This document shows, piece by piece, positions 8,383-17,439 of a DNA stretch of 17,439 nucleotides. The position numbers and the translations under genes are program-made. The stretch's first letter is position 1. Every line of letters starts with the position of its first letter. This DNA comes from Ascoidea asiatica JCM 7603. Lineage: Eukaryota > Fungi > Ascomycota. Location of the stretch: assembly GCA_001600695.1 (NCBI GenBank), contig BCKQ01000005.1:219690-237128 (forward strand), in the 5' to 3' direction. The notes under the pieces were generated by a model, which saw only the letters and a list, made by a program, of their open reading frames with translations, ran no database searches and was not told where the DNA came from.

Positions 8383-10134
8383 ATGTTGGCCATACTAAAA
8401 GGAGATGCTGTTGTGATATCCAAATATTCTACTCGTTCTACTTCGATTAGATTATTATCGAGTCTCTATAAGCCAGATGCAAAACAAATAATATCTCGAC
8501 CACCTAAAAAAAATGTTCATCCTTTTGCACCAGTCAGAACAAGATTCGCCCCAAGTCCAACTGGCTTGTTGCATATGGGCTCTTTGAGAACTGCCCTTTA
8601 TAATTATTTATTAGCCAAAAACACTGGAGGTCAGTTTATTTTGAGAATTGAAGATACTGATCAGAAAAGATTGGTACCTGGAGCAGAAGAAAATATTCTT
8701 GAGAGCTTAGAATGGTTGGGGTTGAAATATGACGAGGGTCCAAAAATAGGTGGGCCCTACAGTCCATATAGACAATCTGATAGATCCGAAATATATTCCA
8801 AATATATCAAACTTTTGTTGGATAAAGGTTTAGCTTATAGATGTTTTTGCACTAAAGATAGATTAAATGATCTAAGAAATTCTGCCCAAAAACTTAATCC
8901 ACCAACTACTGTTTCTTATGATAGACACTGCATAAACAATTATTCGAGTCTGGAATCGGAAAAGATGGCAAAAAATACTACTCCCTTTACAATTAGATTT
9001 AAATCACCTAATCAATATCCTTCCTTTATTGACTTGCTACACGGTGAAATAAATATTCAACCCCAAATAAACTATGATGATATTCGTTATGAAGATCCGG
9101 TTTTGATGAAATCTGATGGTCTTCCAACTTATCATTTTGCTAATGTCATTGATGATCATCTTATGAAAATAACTCATGTCATAAGAGGTGAAGAATGGTT
9201 ACCTTCTACTCCTAAACATATTGCTTTATATAAGGCTTTTGATTGGAAACCTCCTTTATATGTACACATACCATTATTGACTAGTGTAGGAAGTACTAAA
9301 AAATTATCCAAAAGGTCTGGTGATAGTAGCGTACTATCCTTAAAGGACAAAGGAATTCTTCCAGAAGCTTTGGTTAACTTTGCTGCTTTATTTGGTTGGT
9401 CTCCTCCTAGACAACTTGGCAAAAAAGTCAAAGAAATTTATACTCTAAATCAATTGGAAAACGCGTTTAATTTGAATGGTCTAACTAAAGGTAATGCAAA
9501 AGTTGATTACTCCAAATTGGCATATTTTAATTTTATTTTTTCATCTGAGAGATTAGAATTAGAAGAAGATGATCCCAGATATATCGAGTTACTCGATTCT
9601 GCATATTCCCATTTATCTAAATTTTACCCAAACACAAAAAAAGAATCTGTTAGCTTCATTTTGAGAAATATTGCCATCAAATTCAAATCAATTTCCGAAC
9701 TTTATGAAAATCATGAAAAATATTCATATCTTTTCGTGAAACCAATATTACAAAATGAATTCAGTAAAGATTTTATAAAAAATATAATATCTTCAAGAAG
9801 ACTTGATGACTACTGCTTTTTGTTTGATAAAATATATGAATTAAAAAATCTATTAGCCTATCCGATTGCCAAACAAATTCCAACTGTTATTGTTGATGAA
9901 ATCAAATGCAACACTTCGCTTCCAAAATTTAAAAGAAAGGATGTTCTTGAGTCTCTCCGATTTATTATGACAGGAGGCTTACCGGGGGTCAAAATTCCTC
10001 TTGTGATAAGAGTTATCGGAAATAAAGAAGCTTCTGCAAGAGTTTTGACAGCAAAACAATTTTTAATTGACGTTGCCCAACCTAAACCTTCTAAAGAAAT
10101 TGATATGAAAAAGGCCGTTTCTCTAACACCTTAA
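8383..10134 (+). CDS. MSE1: Mitochondrial glutamyl-tRNA synthetase
   Basis: 583 aa. Basic, Ser/Thr-rich presequence-like N-terminus; VRTRFAPSPTGLLHMGSLRTALYNYL (HIGH-type motif); LRIEDTDQ; KSDGLPTYHFANVIDDHLMKITHVIRGEEW; KLSKR (KMSKS-type motif). Confidence 0.95.
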   Translation: MLAILKGDAVVISKYSTRSTSIRLLSSLYKPDAKQIISRPPKKNVHPFAPVRTRFAPSPTGLLHMGSLRTALYNYLLAKNTGGQFILRIEDTDQKRLVPGAEENILESLEWLGLKYDEGPKIGGPYSPYRQSDRSEIYSKYIKLLLDKGLAYRCFCTKDRLNDLRNSAQKLNPPTTVSYDRHCINNYSSLESEKMAKNTTPFTIRFKSPNQYPSFIDLLHGEINIQPQINYDDIRYEDPVLMKSDGLPTYHFANVIDDHLMKITHVIRGEEWLPSTPKHIALYKAFDWKPPLYVHIPLLTSVGSTKKLSKRSGDSSVLSLKDKGILPEALVNFAALFGWSPPRQLGKKVKEIYTLNQLENAFNLNGLTKGNAKVDYSKLAYFNFIFSSERLELEEDDPRYIELLDSAYSHLSKFYPNTKKESVSFILRNIAIKFKSISELYENHEKYSYLFVKPILQNEFSKDFIKNIISSRRLDDYCFLFDKIYELKNLLAYPIAKQIPTVIVDEIKCNTSLPKFKRKDVLESLRFIMTGGLPGVKIPLVIRVIGNKEASARVLTAKQFLIDVAQPKPSKEIDMKKAVSLTP

Positions 10135-10405
10135 AATGGGGAGTTTATTCCAAAGGTATAAAGAACCAAAAATATTGCAAAATCAAATTGTAAAAACATT
10201 TCCTATATTAAGTGTATAATGAATAACGTATTTTCTTACTGTATAAATTTTGAGAAAATATTGTAAATATCATCAGATAAATATCAATTTACATAATCTA
10301 TAAAAACTATATAAATTCGTCTTCATTTTTTGTCAACTAGATTTTTTTTTGTGATCAAAAAACTTAAAAAAGATAAAAAATACAACACTTGGCGAAACAC
10401 CTTAA

Positions 10406-13400
10406 TTATTGCATTTCTTTAAGTTTAGGATTCTTTTGAATTAAATAAGTCAATTCATTTGATATAATTCCTTTATTCGCACCGATATTAGAACCAGTAA
10501 ATTCGATCATTTCTTGGAGAACAAAAAATAACTTTTCAGCTGAAATGCCTGAATCAAGAAATATGCTTACAACTGAACCTCTCGGAATGTTTGAAATACT
10601 ATTATTTTCTTTCAAAAAAGTTACAATTTTACCAAATAAAATATTTATGGGAAAAACAAAATCAGACTTACTGATTCTTTTGCCAATTTTGATAATACAA
10701 TTGGAAAGATTAACATACAAAGGTTCCCCCGAAACATCGTGATTATTTTTGACTTTGCTGAATAATGAGTCCCATTTTTGAGAAACGAGAACCAAATCTT
10801 TGAAATTAGATTCCTTGAATATTAATAAACATAAATCGTCATAACCTAACGGATCACAAAATTCGTTGAATAATGTACTTATATTCAAAATTTTCTTGTT
10901 TAATAATTCAACATTTTCAAACTTTGATTCTTCTGATAAATTGAGATCATTTTTTATCGTTTCTATGAGTTCCAATTGAATTCCAGAAACGTCAAGATTA
11001 TTCTGTATATTATTCATCAATGAAACTGACTGCTGTTTCAAAGTGATTTGATCAATGCAATTGCAAAATCCAGTTGCTTTTGCTAAATATTCTATTCTTT
11101 GATCTAAAGGCAAATCGAAGTCTGAAAGAGATAATTTGTAAAGTACTTGAGCTGATTCAAAATACTTTGACTTTTTAGAGTAATATCTAGATAATAGATA
11201 ACTTAAATCCTTGGAGTTTATAGATTTTTCTTGTAAATATTGCAAAATAAAAGGCGTGTCTATTTCCAATAACCTCTCCTTGATTCCTTGTTTGATAATC
11301 CAATCATATAACTCATAGTGAAACAAAATATCAGGATAGTTGAAACAAATCTGATAGCTCTCATCACGAAGTCTTGTAAGCTCGTTGATAATTGGATCTT
11401 TATCAAATGAATCCAAAGTAATATTGGAATAAACCTTTCTAATATTTTCATAGTTTTCGATAGATCTGACTTCGACTTTTAGTAAAATCTCAAATATCAA
11501 CTTATAACGCTCAATTCTAGCATTGAATAATTTTGCTCCCTCTATATCATTTTTGATCAAGCCATTCCTAATGTATTTTATTGCTAAATTATCTTTATCG
11601 AGATTATTTGCAATATTCAAGATAAATTCAATAGTTTCTTGATAATAATCTAAACCAATCATTGTGTTGACAGCTTCTTTAAGATCTTCAATTGAAAGGT
11701 TTGCGCTAACCTTTTCAAAAAGCTTAACAGCAGAGTTTAATTCAAATAATGTTTTCTCTTGATCCTTCTTACCAATAGAATTAGCTTTTCTTAAATGCTC
11801 AAATGCTCTGAAAATAATAACGTCACTAGCAGAACAAAATGTTGAACAATGCTTTTGTAAACTTTCAGCTAAATAGTCAACTGAAATTCCTTTATTTATA
11901 TTTTTATTAATAATTGAAGTGAAAACATCCTTGATATATTCTTTCGTTTTTTCATTTGCAATAAAAAGATCATAAAAGCTTAATCTTGCTAATTCTTTTT
12001 GGGTATTTAGAGTTATAAACTTAACAGTATCTTTGAAAATGATCTGTTTTTTATCGCTTTTAGGGGACCCCTCAATGACTGAGTTATTTCTTTTTATGAT
12101 AATACTTTCATCGATCAAAATCAATAGAAAAAACAAGGCTTCTTTCATAATGTTTAATAAATCATAGAAAGCCTTTAAAGCAGTATATTCAGCTTGGGCT
12201 GCAACTTCTTCTTCACGAGAAATATTTCCACTAATTAATGCTGTTGGATTCTCAAAATATGGAATTCTATTGCCAAATTCTTTAAAGAAATTTAGTATTG
12301 TTACAATAGTATTAATGAAAAAAACAATTTGATTTTTATCAATATTAATTGAACTAAGATATTGATTTGTTTCTTTCAAATAGCTTTCATTCAATTTTCC
12401 ACCTTTTAAAAAAGCATCTCTACTGACAAGAAAGATTTTTTTTGGCCAAATAGTTCTAAAAATTCTAGTAACTAATAAAGCAATACCATAAAATCTTGCG
12501 GATAATCTTACATTTTCAAAACTATAAGTGAAATCATTTGGGATTGGATTTTTGACCGATTTTGTCAAAGAAGTTGCTGACGAACCGAATGATAGAGCAG
12601 AGTTATTTATAGTAATAGATTTCTCATACATTGGTTTATTTATAAAGGCTGAAGATAAATTTTGATACTGATTTCCAACTAGAAAAGAAAAATAGTTCAA
12701 CTTTGCAGAATCAGATATATTACTTTTACAAATGATTCTTAAAGCAGTGGAACAAGCCTCCTGTAAACCATATCTTTCTATAAAAGGCAACAAATCGGTA
12801 CCAAGATTTTCAAAAATTTGATCAGGCATTCTAAATTTATAAATATCAAGACCATTATTTGTTAATACAGCTAAATGAAGAGGTTCCTCAATGTACTGGA
12901 TAGCAAATAAATTGGAATGGCCAGTTGGATTGTTAGTTGCATGAAAAGAAGGATTTAATTGCCTGATATCATATATTTGACCATAATTCGGTAAAAATGT
13001 TGCATTTTCAACATACTCATGATAATAATTTAAAATACCATAATCAGGAACAGTAATAAAAAGTTTATCAGAAATTGATTTGATTTTATCATTGATGCTA
13101 CTTTTATTTTGATTGATATTACTGTTATTGTTAGAGATTACAGCAGCGATAAATATGCCAGGAGATATAATTTTAGAAATAGTGGAAGTATTAATTAATA
13201 AATCCGATTCTTTTTGAAGGTTTAATATGACTGAAGAGGGATTCAAGTTGTTCAAATTATTTTGATTTGAAAGGTTGATGGATTCTTGTTGTATTTGATT
13301 AATATTTTCATTGATTGGAGGAAATTTAATATTATGAAATCTCAAAGTTGCAATTTTATCATAATATATTGCGCCATTTAGATAAATTCTACAACCAGAT

Positions 13401-14662
13401 TTGGTGATTGCAATTAAGAATAAATTTTCATTTTGAAAAGTTGAAACAATTTCAATATTAACAAAATTAAATAAAGATTTATTACTTAATAAAGAAGAAT
13501 CTTTACAATCGGTTGTTCTTAAGTCAGTTAATATTTGTAAAGGTTTTAAAACATATGGATTTGTAGGATTTAATAATTTTTTTTTTTTTGAATCCAATTT
13601 ATAAGCTCTTATAGTCGAATGATTTGATAAGGTATATAAAATTTCTCTTGATTCATCAATTTTCAAAACAGATATATACTCAGATTGAGAAAGTGAATTA
13701 ATTGAATTATTTTTAAAGTTTGAGGTATTATTATTATTGCTAGTATTACTATTATGAGGTACTAGGTAAGATAAATTCGATCTTGTTAGGCAAATTTTAT
13801 TACATTTATTATTAAACCAAGAATCTTTGTTCGAATAAGATAATTCCCAAAGATTTAGATCATCGGAATAACCAGTAAAAAAAATTTGACCAGTTTTATT
13901 AAAAGAAATGAAATTATTTACAAGTAAACCATTTGTTGATATTGATAAATCAGTATTGAAAATTTTAAAATTTTTCGAATTAACTGCTAAAATATAAATA
14001 TTATAAGGAGTTGAAATTAATAATAGATAGTCAACAGTATCAACAAAAATATTTTTTTTAGGGGGAACTAAAGCTACACAAATTATGGAATCTGGAATAT
14101 CGTCGATTATGGAATAATTATCATTTACATCATCATTTGTATAATTCCATAAAATTAATTGATGGTTATTTATAATATAAACTCTTTCTAATTCAGGAAA
14201 TAAACCCATATTAAAAGAGTTTGAGTTCAAAGGAGTATCATCATTTGATCTGCCATTTAATAAAAACTGCTGAAGATTATCAGGAATTGAAATAGAAGAA
14301 ATTTTCTGAAAAGGATTAAATTTAAAATCATCTAATTTTTTGGCAGATGTAGATATAAATTCGGATGTAGATTTAGAAGAAAAGGATAACGAATCTAGAT
14401 TGAAATTATAGTTCACAGGATTGCTTAAATTAGTCTTTTCATCTAATATCGGAGTTGAATTATCATGAGAAATTAAGTCATCAATATATTTAGAAGCTAA
14501 GTTAACAGATGATAAATTTGAAATACCTAATACCTTCGAATTACAGTCGTATTTCGTTGGTATTTGAACAGTTGTATTTGAATTTGAATTTGAATTGAAA
14601 TCGTTAGTTGAACTTCCACTGATGCTAGGGATTGAAGAAGGTGGAATATTACTTATAGCCAT
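10406..14662 (-). CDS. NUP170: Inner-ring nucleoporin Nup170/Nup157 (Nup155 family)
   Basis: 1418 aa. Family motifs MGLFPELERV..LILWNY, LVPPKKNIFV, ISPGIF, VPDYGIL...YVENATFL, YGLQEACSTAL, RLSARFYGIALLVTRIFR, FCSASDV..FRA.EHLRKA, LFHYELYDW...LLEIDTPFILQYL, RIEYLAKA. Beta-propeller plus alpha-solenoid layout. Confidence 0.95.
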   Translation of the reverse strand: MAISNIPPSSIPSISGSSTNDFNSNSNSNTTVQIPTKYDCNSKVLGISNLSSVNLASKYIDDLISHDNSTPILDEKTNLSNPVNYNFNLDSLSFSSKSTSEFISTSAKKLDDFKFNPFQKISSISIPDNLQQFLLNGRSNDDTPLNSNSFNMGLFPELERVYIINNHQLILWNYTNDDVNDNYSIIDDIPDSIICVALVPPKKNIFVDTVDYLLLISTPYNIYILAVNSKNFKIFNTDLSISTNGLLVNNFISFNKTGQIFFTGYSDDLNLWELSYSNKDSWFNNKCNKICLTRSNLSYLVPHNSNTSNNNNTSNFKNNSINSLSQSEYISVLKIDESREILYTLSNHSTIRAYKLDSKKKKLLNPTNPYVLKPLQILTDLRTTDCKDSSLLSNKSLFNFVNIEIVSTFQNENLFLIAITKSGCRIYLNGAIYYDKIATLRFHNIKFPPINENINQIQQESINLSNQNNLNNLNPSSVILNLQKESDLLINTSTISKIISPGIFIAAVISNNNSNINQNKSSINDKIKSISDKLFITVPDYGILNYYHEYVENATFLPNYGQIYDIRQLNPSFHATNNPTGHSNLFAIQYIEEPLHLAVLTNNGLDIYKFRMPDQIFENLGTDLLPFIERYGLQEACSTALRIICKSNISDSAKLNYFSFLVGNQYQNLSSAFINKPMYEKSITINNSALSFGSSATSLTKSVKNPIPNDFTYSFENVRLSARFYGIALLVTRIFRTIWPKKIFLVSRDAFLKGGKLNESYLKETNQYLSSINIDKNQIVFFINTIVTILNFFKEFGNRIPYFENPTALISGNISREEEVAAQAEYTALKAFYDLLNIMKEALFFLLILIDESIIIKRNNSVIEGSPKSDKKQIIFKDTVKFITLNTQKELARLSFYDLFIANEKTKEYIKDVFTSIINKNINKGISVDYLAESLQKHCSTFCSASDVIIFRAFEHLRKANSIGKKDQEKTLFELNSAVKLFEKVSANLSIEDLKEAVNTMIGLDYYQETIEFILNIANNLDKDNLAIKYIRNGLIKNDIEGAKLFNARIERYKLIFEILLKVEVRSIENYENIRKVYSNITLDSFDKDPIINELTRLRDESYQICFNYPDILFHYELYDWIIKQGIKERLLEIDTPFILQYLQEKSINSKDLSYLLSRYYSKKSKYFESAQVLYKLSLSDFDLPLDQRIEYLAKATGFCNCIDQITLKQQSVSLMNNIQNNLDVSGIQLELIETIKNDLNLSEESKFENVELLNKKILNISTLFNEFCDPLGYDDLCLLIFKESNFKDLVLVSQKWDSLFSKVKNNHDVSGEPLYVNLSNCIIKIGKRISKSDFVFPINILFGKIVTFLKENNSISNIPRGSVVSIFLDSGISAEKLFFVLQEMIEFTGSNIGANKGIISNELTYLIQKNPKLKEMQ

Positions 14663-14909
14663 TTAAAAACAAAAAAACAAAATAAGTTGACAATCTTTAA
14701 AACCAGATACAAAAAAAGATTATAAAATCTCTTTTATTTGTGTAAATTATAAAAAGTTTATGCTAGTTTGGCAGAATTAGTATATTCAGCAGTTTTTGCT
14801 ATTAGCTATTGCTTTGATTGTTGTTTGTTTATCCTTTTTTGATGTTATGCTGAAAATCAATTTAAATTTAGCTTGGAGTTTGAAATTTGAAAATTCTTTG
14901 AAAAAAATA

Positions 14910-15223
14910 GTCACATGATCTAGCATGGGAATCAGGAACTTGTAACCAAACAAAAGCAGGGTTGGAAGTTCATGAGCAAGTATTTATTCGTTTAACCTCA
15001 GGTTTCCCCCAAATTTTTATCTTAAAATTTTGAATGTATTCCTAAGTACTTTGCTTTCTAACAAACAAATACTTGAAACGTACTCTCATATAGGTCACAT
15101 GATTTAAGCCTGTAAAACTGGGGGAAAATACTTCTAAAAACTCAAACGGTAAATGAAAGTAAGATGCTGATAGCATTAAATGTATTTGAAGATATTTGTT
15201 TCTAGCTGTAGTCATCACATGAC
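14910..15223 (+). promoter_or_regulatory. Cluster of three RTCACATG (Cbf1/CDEI-type E-box) sites upstream of NUP170
   Basis: GTCACATGAT at 14910 and 15094; ATCACATGAC at 15214. Confidence 0.5.
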
Positions 15224-15293
15224 GTTCTAAGACAAAAATATTTCACCCTTAATGAGGCGAGAGTTGTTACCCGAGTATGCTCTTCCAACCCTG
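14957..15293. mobile_element. Putative non-autonomous hAT-like MITE, 337 bp
   Basis: Inverted termini CAGGGTTGGAAGttCAT / CAGGGTTGGAAGagCAT (first 12 nt perfect, 15/17 overall; 14957-14973 and 15277-15293). The CAGGG start is typical of hAT TIRs. The flanks share CAAAAG (left ACAAAAG, right CCAAAAG), a degenerate target duplication that is not a clean 8-mer. Confidence 0.55.
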
Positions 15294-15788
15294 CCAAAAG
15301 GCCATTCCCCCCGGTGTCGTATTTTAATACTTACAAAAGTTTTTGGAAAAATTATGAAATCCAGTTTGGTGGGTCTAAAAAATCTTGCACTTCTCAAAAC
15401 TGCGACCCATAATATGTCACAGAACAAATGGGACAGCGAAACTTATGTTTTATTTTTTTTATACTTCATTAATATTAAAATTGGTCTCTAGTGAAAAAAA
15501 AATATTTGACTACTTAATTAACATAGACTCAGCTTTGCTAAAAAACCAATATACATACTTAGAAATTGGAATAAAATCATAGACCCATTTAATGTCTTCA
15601 TTTTTTTTTTTTTGAAAAATCTGTGGAAACACGAAGTAAAGAATATTAGCTTATGCAACGCCAAAAAGCAAATTCGTTCCGCGGTCTATTAACTAAATAA
15701 TCAAAGAATTCTTTTTAATTTTCAGTAACTCTTCTACTATTTTCTTTCAATAGCGAAAGTTGGATAGGATCAACAAGTTTTCTTTGTA

Positions 15789-16175
15789 CTGTAACTCCCG
15801 GTAAAAACTACTTTTTGATATACCCACGTGATACTTTCTCCCGATGAAAAATCCACCTTTTCAAACAAGATTTTCAAACCCTCATCTCACATATCAGAAA
15901 AGGAGCAATTTCATTTACTCTTGTTGGTGAAAGCGCTGCTTCTTCTAAAGCTAGCAGAATTTGTTTAGATTTAGACACTTTGTATAGCAGGTTTGTTGTG
16001 ATTGAATAATTTGCATAGAGTTTTTATAGGCAGCAAGATTTTATATGTTGGAGAATATTGTAGATTTAATTTGTTTCAAAAACTGAGAAAAAAATGTCAA
16101 AAAGGCCCCTGAGATTTCTGGGAGACGGCTGAAAATATTTTGTGACCTGGGTAGATTTTTTACCGGGAGTTACAG
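15789..16175. mobile_element. Non-autonomous TIR element (MITE), Tc1/mariner/pogo-type, 387 bp, TA target duplication
   Basis: Perfect 19-bp terminal inverted repeat CTGTAACTCCCGGTAAAAA (15789-15807 / 16157-16175), flanked by TA on both sides (15787-88, 16176-77). Imperfect subterminal matches (TACCCACGT vs TACCCAGGT; TCTCCC). No transposase ORF. Confidence 0.8.
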
Positions 16176-16297
16176 TAGTTACTTTGTTAGGAGAAATACT
16201 AAGTGAAGTCACATCATCTCTATTTGCAGATACAAATTTCATATTTAAGAAATATCTTTGTCACGTTTTTGAAAAATGAACTTTTGAAAAAGCTCAG

Positions 16298-16610
16298 CGG
16301 AAATCACCCAAAACCCGGAAAATAACCGCATTTGAATCCGACAAAGGATTTAAAATCGGGCTCGAAGGTTTTAAGTGTGACCAGAAAGTGTTAACATGGG
16401 AAACCTGGTACCCTCTATAAATAGAGCATATATATTTAAATGATATGTTTAAACCGACCACTCATTTACCGGAAATGACAAACCGGTTATTTAACTCGTA
16501 AAGTTTTTTGAAACACCGAGGTCTGTTCCGAAAGAAATTTATATTTCAAGACTCAAACAATTAGAAAAACTTTCTTTTAGAAAATAAATAACCAAAAATA
16601 TATATAAAAG
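16298..16610 (+). promoter_or_regulatory. Promoter-like block: CGG/CCG triplet cluster and TATA boxes
   Basis: CGGAAAT 16298, CGGAAAA 16316, CGGAAAT 16470, CGGAACA on - at 16530-16524, plus further CCG triplets; TATAAATA 16416; TATATAAAAG 16601-16610. Confidence 0.35.
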
Positions 16611-16634
16611 AAATACAGTACTAACAGATTCGTG

Positions 16635-17439
16635 CTAAGGCATTATCAGACTCTTCAATATCGAATACATTAATATTAAATTTCTAAGATTATTGCTCCA
16701 AGTCGTTCCCCTGTGGCGGTAAAGGAGAAGGCTTCTAAAGAAACCAGCACTTGTAGAAGTAAGTGGAACAACAATTGGAGAAGGAATGATATTAAGTTTC
16801 TTTTTATCATCAGATAATGATTGATTAGAAATTCCAAAAGACTCCCCTGGAATATTTGGTTTGACATTTAAATGAGAAAAAGATTTATTTAGATCATCAT
16901 CCAAAGAATCATTACTTTTTGTCAAGAGACTTTAATCCTCAATTGGAGAAACAATTACAATAGACGTTCCCACTTTAGAACGACCCATAAAAGAAGAAGT
17001 TAATGTAAGGCCGATATCAAACCAAGATTTATCGATAACTTTATATCCTATAGAAGAGATTTTAGTATCTATGGTATGAGTTTTAAGCTCTTTTGTAATT
17101 ACATCTTGTTATAATCTTTTGCTAAAGATCTAAATGTTTTTGACAAATCTTCAATTCTTTGTAAATGTTTTTCAATTTTACTATTTATTAAATTGTTCAT
17201 TGAAAAATCTATATTATAATCACCAGTTGGACTGAAATTTATTTCAACTAATCAATGACAAATAGAAAAAGCAATTTTAATTACTACACTTTCAGTAGCT
17301 CAGTTGGGTAATATAGATCCATAAACTGTTAAATAACGAATTGTGGTTATAGCGTGAAAAACTGCTGCTCTTATTGAAGTTGAGTGCGCACCATTATTTA
17401 AATGATCACCATTTTTAGATATCTTACTTGTAATCATAG
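16635..17439 (-). pseudogene. Decayed coding sequence of unknown origin (probably continues beyond the window)
   Basis: About 267 codons can be read with only 3 internal stops (TGA 17302-17300, TGA 17254-17252, TAA 16934-16932) and one frameshift near 17105. That is far fewer stops than expected in DNA this AT-rich, and the composition is protein-like. Confidence 0.6.

Noticed and set aside
1454-11451. Short ORFs nested in or antisense to the main genes (1454, 3394, 3627, 5320, 9174, 10545, 11260)
   Set aside because: Alternative-frame by-products with no recognisable domains.
15227-15582. Three overlapping 65-79 aa ORFs
   Set aside because: Two straddle the right end of the hAT-like element; none shows transposase or other motifs.
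15370-15587. 8-bp inverted pair TGGGTCTA/TAGACCCA as a third MITE
   Set aside because: Too short, with no target duplication.
15870-16020. Transposase N-terminal relic inside the TA-flanked MITE (minus strand)
   Set aside because: Only short broken frames; any HTH-like resemblance is too weak to support.
14910-16545. Point centromere (CDEI-like sites and TTCCGAAA at 16526)
   Set aside because: No CDEI is followed by a ~80-160 bp, >85% AT CDEII ending in a CDEIII. The CCGAAA lacks the upstream TGTTT.TG context and correct spacing.

Overview
AT-rich nuclear DNA from a budding yeast (Saccharomycotina; inferred from gene content, a GTATGT/CTAAC/YAG intron and near-absence of CUG codons). Positions 1-14.7 kb hold six housekeeping genes: a YIL108W-like HExxH metallopeptidase with a jacalin-like C-terminus (+), SEC24 (+), a signal-peptide I9 protease inhibitor (YHR138C-like, +), intron-containing prefoldin subunit 4 GIM3 (-), mitochondrial glutamyl-tRNA synthetase MSE1 (+) and nucleoporin NUP170/157 (-). 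The last ~2.8 kb has no intact gene. It contains two different small inverted-repeat (MITE-like) elements, clustered RTCACRTG E-boxes, a CGG/TATA promoter-like block and a decayed reading frame of unknown origin that runs off the window end. The region upstream of SEC24 contains a GC-richer hairpin island, a possible uORF/intron and a compound microsatellite. I found no complete new multi-gene system. The best leads are the MITE pair, the unidentified pseudogene (possibly an endogenous viral element), the CUG avoidance and the structured SEC24 leader. All counts were made by eye.
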